Below the pieces are notes generated by a model. It saw nothing but the letters and a program-made list of their open reading frames with translations. It did not search any database and was not told where the DNA came from. Shown piece after piece: positions 12,601 to 24,906 of a stretch of 64,000 nucleotides of DNA (the first letter of the stretch is position 1; every line of letters starts with the position of its first letter). Source of the stretch: Lytechinus pictus (Eukaryota); the NCBI RefSeq assembly GCF_037042905.1, contig NC_087251.1:5024001-5088000 (forward strand), read 5' to 3'. The translations under genes were made by a program, and so were the position numbers.

Positions 12601-13389
12601 TTCAGACTTTTGAAAAACCCAACTCCCACACGATGTAGCGAGCTACCAAACAACAATACTACACTTCAAACGCACAATCATATTTTCAGAAAATTTGTAT
12701 GAAAATACCATAACGAACGAGTCTTTTATTCATTTCACGATTCGATACACTTGACTGTTTCCTTTTCTCTCTCCCTCATTCCTTTATACCTGGCTCTCCC
12801 GAGCAGAAATATCGTTCTTAAAACACCAAACTAGATTTTGTTATTCAGATTTTGTATCGAAAATGTCAATTTTTAGGTATGACCTTGAAAATATTTCAAA
12901 TATTCAAGTGTTTATATATTTAGTGCATGTAGGAATAAAGTCCTCCAAGTATTTTGAAAAACAAAATTCTTACAGTTTACCATTTATCCTTAACATGTAA
13001 TTCCAATAATAGCTATGCACTTTTGTTGCTTTTATATATCAAGTGGACTATCAATATGAATCCAAGTTTGATCTCGTTATGTTACCAAACGTTTTCATAA
13101 AACATTTTCTTTTCTGAATATAGAGAATGCAGTATACTTTGTACTACCACCCGTTTTATTTTTTTACTCAATGTTGCCAATCAATTTCCTCATATCCAAA
13201 GTCTACCAATTTTCTGGGATAGTTTCACTACCTAGTACGGCGTATGACTCATTGCTTTTCTTGTTTTGCCTTTTCTCTAGGTTTTTTTTTATACTACCTT
13301 CGGGTAAGAGTCTCAATTTGGCCATCCCTCAGTGTTTCCCTTTTGAGAATCACTTGATCTGTCTTTTATGCTGTCCATTTCAGTGTATA

Positions 13390-13680
13390 CGTCCAATAAC
13401 ACACAATGCATCTGGGATAAAGCCCTTAATGCTTCATAAAGTATATCTGAGTCTCCTTTTCACCCGTCTCCTATTTTGTCCATTCACGTCTTCTTTTTGA
13501 GGCAATGTTCGGGCCACTTGGCGCAAGTAGCTAATTAAAACACGTGTTAGAACTGAAAGCCGACAGCCATTCTATACCCTCATTCTAAACCATCCTTCCT
13601 CCTGACAATGCAATGAATAGCACCGGCGTGTGAAAATGCAATGGTCTTAGGTCGCTCATTGTCACACCTGTATTTTAGGT
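13390..13680. promoter_or_regulatory. Candidate proximal upstream enhancer (T-box and Sox motifs)
   Basis: Perfect Brachyury half-site TCACACCT at 13662-13669, T-box-like GGCGTGTGAAA at 13625 and GTGTTA at about 13544, and Sox ACAATG/CATTGT at 13403, 13605 and 13657. Motif matches only. Confidence 0.4.
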
Positions 13681-16560
13681 CTTTTCTCTTCATTCTATTC
13701 AGGTCTAACGGAGACCCGTAGGCCAGGTTGATAGATTGAGGGAAGCGATGGTATAAACAAATCTAGGAAGAGACAACCATCCGCAACTCGTGTAGATGAA
13801 GACGAAAAAACTTGTTTCGACAATGGAGATGTGTCATAAACGTGATAAAAACAGAAAGATGTGTGATTCAGCCATTCTTCTTGTTGCTTTTTGAAAAGAG
13901 AATGATTCTTCAAATACATGACATGTACAAGATGTATGTGATTTGTCGTATCTCATATATACATTTTTGTTTATTTCACAATTCTTCCTTGAGTTTAGAA
14001 GAATGAATCATTTTTCATTATTCACTAATATTTATGTTATCGTAATTCATAAATCCGATGACCAATACGCATAGTTAAAACAATACGTGATATCTTGATA
14101 AGATGTTAACTTCGGTCAGAAAATCGCGACTTAAAGTGAAACGGTGTATTAAAAAGGAGATTCTTGAACGCATAACAAAGAAAGATGAAAATCATAATAA
14201 TTAAGTTAGAATTCTTCTTATCCTGTTTTATAAAATACGTTTGCAAGAAAAAACTCATTCTGCCATTCTTAGAACAAATTTAAATTCATAATGTTACAAT
14301 ATCTCAACACGATCTATGTCTCGCTTTATCTTTTCAATCTATTTTACCCCTTAAATACCATCCATTTTAGTGGTATTACTCCAATTTGGAAGTTTCAAGA
14401 ATAGCATTTTGTCTCTATTTAACCCTCTTTCAATTTTTCTTTAGTCTCCCTTTAAAGCTCGTCTTAAAATCGATTACTTAACAATAAGAGAATCGCATAA
14501 ACAGTAACCTCGAAACACGTGCTCTCTGGTCCTTTTATCGCGACCTCAGGCCATGATGTAGAGCTGGTAGAAGGGAGGTTTAAGACCATAGAAGATAAAA
14601 AGAGACGCATTTTGGAGGAATAAGACATTTCCGACGAAAATTCCAAACAAAAAGAAATAGGCAGGGATCGGTCTTGGTGGGCTCCAACACTGAAAGAAAA
14701 GACAGGTAGAAACGAAAACACTTTAGGAGTATGTCCCAGAGGCTTATCTTTCCTAAATAGGATTCCCCTGTTCAATAATATGCCCGACTAGTTTATAGAA
14801 TTTACCCTACTTCACTTGTACTTGTATGTTCTCTACAGTTTATGGCCAATTACCCACCTGCAAATTTCAATAGCTAAATGAATAATGGTATTCCAAGAGC
14901 TGACAAACAATGATTATACCAAGTGATCTTGAGATTACGAAGAGAAATAGAAAGATGTGATTTATTTGTTTTAGAAATTGAAATTGATTTCATTAGTTAT
15001 CTATTCCTAATAATTGGGAATGTTTAAATTGCAGAAAAGGTCTTGTCGTGTGTTTTATATTTATGATATTGGTGCACAAAATGACGGTGAAATGGTAAAT
15101 TGTACAGGAAAGTCACAATGATATCTGACAATTAGTGCTACTAAATTTGAAGGTTAATTATAATTTATGAATAAATATAAGTAAAACAATTTCAAGCACA
15201 TAACGGTCTGAGGAAATTTGTCTGTAGAATAATTGATATGTCTTTTGTTTCCGGATGAGGTGGGTGGGGATACATTAATCAGAGCAAATTCATATTGCCT
15301 CACGACAATTAAAAAAGCTGACAATAATTCTATCGCTAGTACGAACAATGCTAATATATCATGGTCATATCATGCATTATTCATAAGTGTAGTAGTGTGG
15401 TATTACCCTATGTACACATCTCTGGCTGTCAGTCATGGAAGACTGACATAAGCATGTGTGCTTTAAGCAAACAAGCAAAAACCTACCGAGACTCAGGCGC
15501 CATTTCATTCAAAGCTAGGGCGCCCTCAATCTATTAGTACTCATTCATAAATCGCTGATTTTTTCTCTTCATTTTAATACTTATGATAGTGGTAATGAGT
15601 GATATCAATACAAATTATAACAAAGTATTTTTCATATATTCCAGAACACACCAATTAAATAAAAAGTTATGAAATAGACTGAAACTATTGATTGAAAAAA
15701 AAATCAATTTGACAAATTTCAACATACTGACATAAGGATATTTAATCAGGTGCTTATCAGTACCCCTACTAAAAAGGAAAGAGAGAAACAGCATGAAAGG
15801 GAAAAAAATAAAATACAAAATGATAACTGGGATAAGACATGACATGACAAAACACAAAAAAAAAAGCTGTATGCAAATTTAAGGGGGCTTTTACATTTTT
15901 TTTTCGTATCATATTGTGTCAAAAGTACAAACTTTAGAATGCAACCTGTACAATACAATACGTAGGCCTAAGCTTTGAAAATAAATAGTTTTCAAACAAT
16001 TTCAAATAAGTAGAACAATAATGTAATTGCCAATACAATAATACTGTATAATTATTGATAAATGGAGATATGAGGTCTCCCATTCAAACGAAAGCATGCA
16101 TGTTTATAGTTGAATTCTGCTGTTTTAAATCCCTAAGAAAATCCTCTCTAAAACAAAAATTGTGTTTTCTCAAACTAAATCTTATAGTGTTTCCGAACAA
16201 CAAATAAAACAATTTGCAGGTTGTACACTGTGGAATAAATGTATTTGCTTTGAAGTAAATTTATATCTACATGCATAACAAGCAATATTAACATTCAATT
16301 TTGAATTAAAGAAAAAGAACAACACACATTCATGACAGTCATGCTCTCTCTACCATATGTTACAATATTACTTGTCATGTATGAAAATACTGAACAATTA
16401 AAATGATAAACTGTAACATAATGTAAATTATAGGTTAGTTATGCACTCAGTATTGAAGTTGTGATTCCATATAATCAAACTCACAGCGCAAAACGATTAT
16501 ATCTGTGATTTCCTCTTCACTATAAATGCTATATAGGAATACAATTTCATCTTCACTATA

Positions 16561-17545
16561 CAGTGCGTATCAAAAAAGGTTTACACTTTGAAAAAGCCCT
16601 GGGAATTAAAAAATATACAACATGTGGGTAATTTTTTCACATATAATCTTGGGTTTGGGTCTCATTTATCCAATGAAAGTAAAAGTTTTGTCAGAATGTT
16701 ACACTTGAGTGAGCACTGTCCATTTTTGTAAAGCTCGCAGAAATCTGTTTGCGCAGAAATGTTCGTTTTCACGCTGTGTTTAGGGGAAACGGCGAAATCA
16801 AACTTACCCTGCGAAACATTTCTCATACATTTCCCTTGCACTTTTAGTCAGTTGAAATAAGACGGATACATTCAAGCATTTTGTAACAATTTTGCCACCC
16901 AAATCGAAATTTCAGCACTTAGTAAGCACAACCTTTACCCTTTTTGTGCCAGCCGGATCTGAGGACATAACTGAATCTGAACAAAAGTTTAAATCAGACA
17001 TCTCCAGCATTATTTCACTCAGTTTTTATCATTGAAAGTTGGTTTACATTTCATTTTTCGTTTAATACTTGTTTCTCCACATTTTTCCCAAGCTTGGCAA
17101 TGATTAACAAAATGAAAATCAAGCTTAAGCCATTCCATGTAAATCACAGCTCAGTGTAAAGCAAATATCGTCACGATGGCCTCGGTGTGTGGGGGAGAGG
17201 GGTGGGGTGAAATTCTCTCTTCGAAGTGTTTTGGGCAAGGAAACAAGTCAAAAAGGGTAAAATATATCTTCAAATCAATTTTAATAGCTAAACTCTACGT
17301 GTTCTTCATGATTAAGGTCTACTTTTATTCGCATAACTATTTCAAAGTTCTGCGCAAATCATTTTTCACTAACTTTTCAAAAGTAAGTGGTACTCACTCA
17401 AGCGGAAATATTTTTCGACAGTTATATCGTCATTTGATTAAATGGACCTGTACCAATGTTAAAATGTGGAAAAGTGTTCAGGATATTACAAATGTATAAT
17501 TTTACAGGATTTTTTCAAAGTGTAAACTTTTTTTGATACGCACTG
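16561..17545. mobile_element. Tc1/mariner-like non-autonomous DNA transposon (985 bp)
   Basis: TA|CAGTGCGTATCAAAAAAGGTTTACACTTTGAAAAA ... TTTTTCAAAGTGTAAACTTTTTTTGATACGCACTG|TA: a TIR of about 35 bp, TA TSD and CAGTG start. No transposase ORF. Confidence 0.88.
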
Positions 17546-19337
17546 TAGAGATCTTATTGTTCATCATAGTAACAAAATAGAATTTAAGGTCATCCCTAAT
17601 GGCATTCCCCTTAACCTTGAAGAAGTAATCAAATAAACATTTATTTTCTTCCATTTCATTACATTTTTCGTAAACATTAATTCATACAGAAATCAATATT
17701 ATGAAGAATATAAATATGTACATGTTGGGTTTAAAGAAGAAGGCGTATATATATCCTAAAAGCTAAGGCTTGTGGCGGGATACGCCTAATCCCTTAAGCA
17801 GATCTTCCAGTTAATCAAAACTGGGAAGGGATGTGCTGTGACAGTAGGTGGTGGTGCAGATAATTTTGTTGGATTTCTATTTACAATAAAATCCAATAAA
17901 GTACGACAGTGATGAAGTTCAGGTATTCCCGTTTGATTTTGTAAATCGTTATTCAAGATATATGTTCTTAAAAAGTCAATCTTCAAATCTTACTATCGTT
18001 TGAAAATAATTACATTATTTAATTTCATTACTGCCATATTTTAATTCATCAATCAAATCAAAGAGGATAATTATGTATCCATTCTATTTTTAAATGGCAA
18101 ACAAATGAAGAATCTCATCGTGATCATAGTCATGCGAAAATGTAATACTTGTTTTAATATTTGATACAGTGTTTTCACATCAGTCTGCCAGTAAGACTTA
18201 CTGATATTCAGACATGAGACATACATGAATATATCATTGGTATCTTATCATTATTGTCCATTAAAGATAAATGAAAACCACTTGTAGAACTCACTCACCT
18301 TCACACCCTATGCACACTTATAATAACAACCAGTGCTGACGAAACCGATACCCGTATACGAGATGAAATTAAAACATCTGAAAAGACGCCAATGTCATTG
18401 CAGTCATCAAAGAGGTGCTCTAGCAGACGACTTTCGTCATGGGTCGTATTATTATTATTTTTCTTCATGACTTTCGTCTCGTAACTGCGTTGACCAGGGC
18501 GTGAGATCTTAACACCTTGTTACATTGCATGATTCATTCGCATTTTACGGGGCAATCCCATAAATTGAGTTGCTGTAATTGTAATCCCCTTTTTCAATCT
18601 ATTATGTAGTTGTATTTTATGTTCCTTGTCGAGGTGAATCATGCTTGATTAAAATGACCCTCTCCGATGTGTCAAATGTTTTAGGATACATGTCTCGAGG
18701 ATACATTCAAATCTAGTGACGAACCTCCATTAGCATCTATTTATTCTTTGATAATTGCTTGTTTATATCTTTAACTGCGTGGATTTTTTTTAATCAAATA
18801 GTCCAATGTATTTTTCCGCACATGCGACGTTCACCGTTCTTTCATGACGTCCACTGAGACTGAAGGAGTATTGATACCTCACAAAAGCCACCTTAGTATT
18901 ACCATAACTTATTTTTGTCAGATTTACATTTCTATTGTCTCTGGTTGACCGCTATATTTCTTATTGACCTATTTCTATTATCCTATATACAGATATACGT
19001 ATATGATTGCTATTGTAATTGGTTTTCACAATCTAATCTCTTTTATAATATATTTATACCAAGCTTTGGAAAAAATTCTGGCGCTCTTTTGTGTGTTCGA
19101 ATGGCAGATTAATTTTTATTTCATCTTCGTCAAAAGACGTCAAATAATAGGTAATGATTTTGTATTCCTTTATTTTATTATGTGTTTAAGTGATAGCGAA
19201 GTCTGTCCACATTCTGAAAAATAAAGTGCTATGTATTCAGCAAGGAAGGTGTTTTAATAGCAAGTCCACCACTGGGTGTTGATTTTCAGCATTTTGTATG
19301 CTAAAACAACACGTTGAGTGTTCGCTGTATGTAGCTA

Positions 19338-19598
19338 CACTCTAAAAATATTGGGTAAAAGTGGTCCATGAGGGTAATTATGTGTCCAGCCAACATTGGG
19401 CACTTCTTTTGAGCATTTTAATTTATCCAGTGTGATGAAAATTTTGACCATTCTAAAGTAATTGCTGCTTATTTTTTTACCTTACTGGATAATATGCTTC
19501 CCGCATTATACTGCCCGAAATTGGTTGGACACATTATTCATGTTATTACCCTCGTGGTGGTTAAAATTTTGCCCAATATTTTTACCATGTTTACAGTG
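19338..19598. mobile_element. EnSpm/CACTA-like MITE (261 bp)
   Basis: TA|CACTCTAAAAATATTGGGTAAAA...GAGGGTAAT...GTGTCCAGCCAA is inverted against TTGGTTGGACAC...ATTACCCTC...TTTTGCCCAATATTTTTA...CAGTG|TA. Confidence 0.75.
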
Positions 19599-22500
19599 TA
19601 GTCTAGGGCTTTTTAAGCAGCCGCAATGCCGTAATGTAGCATCCTGAAGTACACAATGGGATATTTGTATGGATAACTCTGTGACCTGACAGGAATGAAT
19701 AATACTTTTCATTACAGTCATTTCGATCTCAACATTAATGAATAAAACATTGTTCTGGAAAGATTATAAGAATTATAAACTTGTGTCATGTAAACTCTTT
19801 CACCTTTCATTAACAATTTCGTGAGCATTCTTTTCTTTGTCTTTATGAGAGCTAAAGCTAGAATAATGTTCAGATGCTTAGTCTAATCGTAAATTCGATC
19901 TCATACTTTTTATTTGTTTTAAATCTTATTTAGATTAGCCCCTTCATATATTCCTTTAAGATCGATTTATCTAAAGCTTTAAGGGTCAAGTGTGTGGGGC
20001 GTTTAGATTGTTGAGATTAATGAAAGGTTTTGTACAACTTGTGACTATATATCATTTCAGAAGAGAAGTTATACATTCTATCTTAACTTCACGGTCCAAA
20101 TATACGTCTTAAAAAGTACTACCACTCAAGTAAAGTGCAAGATGCATTGGATAATTAGAATGCTCTCAATAATCCATGTTCATATCTAGATATAGGCCTG
20201 TGAGAGGATAGGTCTAATTCTATTTTAAGGATATACATTCGGATTGACGCATCTTATTATTTGCGCTGGTCTTTTTTCTTGTTCAGGTCTAGTTGTTTTT
20301 TAATCTCAGTACTGAGTTAGATGCAACGCTATGACAAATCAGACAATACATACGAGGACACAGTTGAGCTATGTCCTCATTAACAATGCCATTGATCTAA
20401 ATTGATCTCTGGCTGGCTAGTCACATGATTTCGACACTGACTAGATGGATTGATCAAACAGACAACCCTGAACTTGAACTAGGACGCGATCCACCTCCAA
20501 CTTTTAACGTTGTGAGGAGAAAAACAAGCTTTAACCCCTTCCATACAGCATTCCAAAGGTTCTCCACATCAAACTTGTTGACTCTAGAGTGTAAGGTCTG
20601 TCAATACACTATACCAGTCTAGAGTACATATCGACCTTAGCTGTGGGCTCAATTTATTAGTTTTCGTCTCTGAATTCGGAGCAACGATCAACGGCGCGTT
20701 CGTGCGCCAAATCAACCAGGAATATCGCCGTCACGAGCTTTTACTAGTACTATACCCGTATAGCTCAAATTGGATGGGGCAATCGGTGAGCACGTAGCAT
20801 GCCATACAATGTTAATCCTCCCCTTCTTCCCAATTGTGCTCATGAATTTCGAGGGAGGAAACAACCTCTCTTATTTTCGACTCCGTGGTCGTAATATTTC
20901 TCATTTTGCCCCAAGTCTCGCTATCCACTCGGTTAATCTTTTAGGCCGGGGATGAGTGAGCGTTGAATTACCTGGTGTACCAAAAGGTCTCCAAAATATT
21001 TAAGAGTAAGAAAAAGAATTTAGAAGAAAGGGGGAGACGAGAGAAAGGGAATAGGAAAAATTCGTAAAGGCTGAAGCATACACAGATGGGCACAGTGACG
21101 CGAAGGAATACTAAATACGGATAAAGAGTGCAGTCACCGACGGTAACTAGAGAACGGCTTTCCGCTGAAATACTCGGCTCACTTTTTTACCAAAATATAA
21201 TTCTTGCCATTCTTTCCGCCTTACATTTTGTTTCTTGATACTATTGCTTGCTCAGGTATTAAGTGTAGATATAGTACCCCATCATAATACATAAACATGA
21301 TAAATGAAAAGTAGAAGAGTGATTCTATTTCAAATTAGACATCATCAGGTAAACATGGAAATCGTTTACGTGCAGAATCTAGGAGAAAAGTTTGTCATAC
21401 ACCTGCACACAACCTAATTTTAATCAAAATCGTTATTTATCCATAGTCTCAATATGTAAAACAATCATGCAGGGGAAGAGAATGAAAAAATACAGATCCT
21501 GAAATATTAAACTGACCTATAAATTGTAGTTCATGATTTCTTTCCTTGCGCGATGAAGTGATGAAGATTTTTTTTTCAAAAGGATGTACCCTTTAATATT
21601 AAAAGAAGTGGCCATCCTATATTTTAAAGCTTAAGATTTTACATTAAAATGGCCCAAAACTCCTTAAAATTCCCCTATATGTAGGCTTACACTAAAACGT
21701 TACGGATATCTAATGTGTTTAGCTCTCTACGCATTTTCCCGATTCTCATACCTTTCTTTTTTCAGTATTACTTTAGTTTGATAAAAATCATTAGTAGTAG
21801 ACATGAAAAATACCTTGACATCTATCATATTTTAGATAGATTCTTATAAACATGATCCGTTATCCTGCCTGTCAAAAATGAAGCATCACTTCTCCTTTTC
21901 CTGCTTAAAATACATTTCACGATAGAAATAGGTGCCGAAGGTTTATAATATCACAAATCCGTACACAAGTCAACCAAGCATGGAATTACACAGGATTTCA
22001 GCAAAAAAATGAAAATTGAAAATCAGTAGCCCCTGAAAATTAACCTTGAGAAGGAATAACCGTGAAACTTACAACCAGAAAGTTAAAGAAATTGAAAGAA
22101 ACTTTAACCTGTCAATCTCCTGTTGGTGTTTTCAAAAGATTTTTTTTATGATGGACATAGACCAAATTAGCCCAAAGGGATGTCCATTCTCTACATTACA
22201 CGCTCTGGTTACACTTTTGTTGTTATTGTGAACCTATAGTGTTTCTTTTTCTTCCGAACTGAGTATGAATTTGGATATGTGTGCTAAATTCATATTTCAC
22301 CCAATCATGCGGACAACCTAAGGCTGGTTAAACGAATTTCTGTTAGGTACATGGCATTTTGAGTAGAATATTAGAATATTCATAATAAAAAAAACGGAAT
22401 ATAGAGGCTATCAGCAATTGAATGCTATCTATACAATGATTAGCCATGTAGTAATTATTAGGATGACTGCGGACTAAATAAACTCATAAACACAAAACAT

Positions 22501-22740
22501 AAAATCACAATTTAAACAGGCGAATAGATAGGCTATACGGTGCATGTTCTCCACATCAATAGAAAATGTGGACAACTCTTTTAAATGATAATAAAGTAAA
22601 AAAAAAAAAGTACATACGTGTACACTCGGGTCTCTTTGAAAAATTACACTTCAATTTTAACCGTGATCTGAAGCGCAACGGAATGAGGAGGGTCTTAGCA
22701 TAGTGTATCTGTCCAAAGTTTTATTCAAAACAAAATCACC

Positions 22741-22947
22741 AGCGAGCAAAAATTTGGCTTCTTAAAAAATCAAAATAAAACTTTGTGATAGACCTTGATG
22801 TCATGCTGATAAAAGAACAAAAATAATATCATATTTCACCTTTTTCTTTCCTTTCCCTTCTCTTTCTCTCTTTTTTCTTGGTCATAAACATGGCCTTTTG
22901 GTGCCATACAGTGCCCCGAGCACCCCATAATATATGATACGCTAGTG
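22741..22947 (+). mobile_element. Partial, degenerate copy of the CAGTGGCGTA-type hAT-like MITE
   Basis: Shares GATAGA...AAAATAATAT.ATATTTCACC, a pyrimidine tract and a TACGCTAGTG end with 51295-51467, and is inverted relative to 23292-23619. The left end was not found. Confidence 0.5.
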
Positions 22948-23291
22948 GCTGAATTAATGATGTCACAATGACACCATCCAATATAAAATAACCAACCAAA
23001 TGTTTATTTACATGAATAAAATAAAAATCTGGCAGGTGAATCGTAGAAAATGTCTAATTGCTATATGAAATCATTAAAACAGTTTTTTCCCTAGCAATAA
23101 TAGCTCAAGTTCCAACATATGCCTATCTGCTGTGTTGGCGATCTCCAGTGAGCTGACTTTTCAGCGTAAACTCCATGGTATAGCTTGCGTATATCTACGG
23201 TATATGTATGATGATGTCATAGATATTATGATAAAATGACCTTGTTACAAGGGCCGTCTCATCAGTTTATTGCTTGCTACAAGCCTGCAAC

Positions 23292-23619
23292 CACTGGCTC
23301 GTAGATGGGGAGGGAGGGGGGGGGGTTGGAGCAATGGACACCCCAAAAAAATTCCATGACCAAGAAATAAGATTAAGGAGAAAAGAAAGGAAAATGGTTG
23401 AAAAGTGATATTTGTTAAAATCCCAAAAAAATTCCATGACCAAGAAATAAGATTAAGGAGAAAAGAAAGGAAAATGGTTGAAAAGTGATATTTGTTAAAA
23501 TATATTATATTTATATCATATTTTCAATGAAAAAAGTAATATTTGGGACCCGTTTTTTAAAGAAACATTGCCCCATACGCCACGTTATACCCCTAATTTC
23601 TTGGCTCATTACACCGCTG
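23292..23619 (-). mobile_element. hAT-like MITE (family of 51295-51467)
   Basis: The right end TTGGCTCATTACACCGCTG is the reverse complement of CAGTGGCGTAATGAGCCAA at 51295 (2 mismatches). Flanks CCTGCAAC and CATGTAAC form a degenerate 8-bp TSD (6/8). Confidence 0.65.
23342..23501. repeat. Perfect 80-bp tandem duplication inside the MITE
   Basis: CCCAAAAAAATTCCATGACCAAG...TTTGTTAAAAT is identical at 23342-23421 and 23422-23501. Confidence 0.95.
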
Positions 23620-23970
23620 CATGTAACTTCTTGAGATAATCGTTAAATAAATCACAATGAGTAGAAAACAAACGAATGTGGACGTCTCTATGAACATGAT
23701 GAATTATAGTCAAATGAAATCATAAGTTTTAGACACTAATAGATACAACTTGAATGAATAAACAGGAATAATGTGATTATAATGATTGGAAGATGACTTG
23801 TTTCAATCACAAGCAAAATATAAAGAACGAATAGAATGGCAATTTGATGACAAGCCTTCGTTTTGTACGTCTCGCTATTATGAGGGAGTACTGGCAAATT
23901 TAAACAATTATACAAAATGATAGAAATTGATCTTTTACTATTTCGTACAATATTGTATTGTAAGTTCTTC

Positions 23971-24210
23971 CAATTCAATTCAATTCAATTCAATTTTATT
24001 CAACCATAAAAATGTGTATATACAAATCAAACAGTGTACATAGTTATGTAACAAATGGTAAAAAATATGGCTAGGACCATAAAAAAAGCAAAATGCTTGT
24101 AGAGAATGGCCCTCAAAACAATAGCATTGACATAATTCACAATCAGAAACAGAAAACTAAGAAAAACACAAATTTTATCAGCAGATATATAAATGTATAA
24201 ACATACACAC

Positions 24211-24241
<31 letters not shown>

Positions 24242-24906
24242 CACAAACCCTAGTAATTTTATAGATTTTCCATTAAATACGCCCTACACATTTTTTTGAA
24301 ACAGGATAGAGTTGAACAATTTTTTAGTGAAATTGGGAGTTGATTCCATTTTTTTATACCGACTAAAGCTAGTGAATTTAAAGAAGAAGTAAGTCTCACT
24401 TTTGGAACATGGAAATTATCTTTTTGTCTAGTAGCATAAGAATGAACATTTGAATTGAGTGAAAACATATTGCAATACTTCAATGGAAAAATATGATTTT
24501 TAACTGAGTACATAGAGATTAGAGTATTTAAAGTAATTAGTTCATGGAGAGGTAAAATATTCATCTTTTTGAAAAGGGGTTTACTAGCACTTTGCATATG
24601 AGACTTTGCAATTAACCGGATTGATTTTTTCTGTAGGACATATGGCTTTAGAAGGCGTGACTTGTATGTATTACCCCAAATATAGTTACAATAATTCAGA
24701 TGTGGCAAGATAAGGCTACTATAAAGAATATTTAAAACATTAGAAGGTAATATGAATTTCAATTTATATAAGATACCAACATATTTAGATAAAGATTTAC
24801 AAATTTCTGATATGTGTATGCTCCAATCCATGAGCTCATTAAAAGTAACTCCAAGAAACTTTATATTCTTCAATTTAGAAATTACAAGATTATCAATTTC
24901 TAGCAA
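23971..24906 (-). mobile_element. 5'-truncated L2/Crack-type (CR1 group) LINE: ORF2 C-terminus, 3' UTR and (ATTGA)n tail
   Basis: ORF 24259-24906 encodes IKFLGV..D..W..HI...LYSSLILPHLNYCNYIWG...LQKKSIRLI...HSYATR...WNQLP, the end of the RT and the C-terminal region typical of CR1/L2-group ORF2. The 3' UTR has (TG)n, then AATAAA and a pentanucleotide tail at 23971-23995. Confidence 0.88.

Noticed and set aside
13681..13940. Possible + strand exon of a divergent lncRNA (pyrimidine tract and CAG at 13702, GTATGT at about 13934)
   Set aside because: Isolated splice-like signals are common by chance, and no transcript evidence is available.
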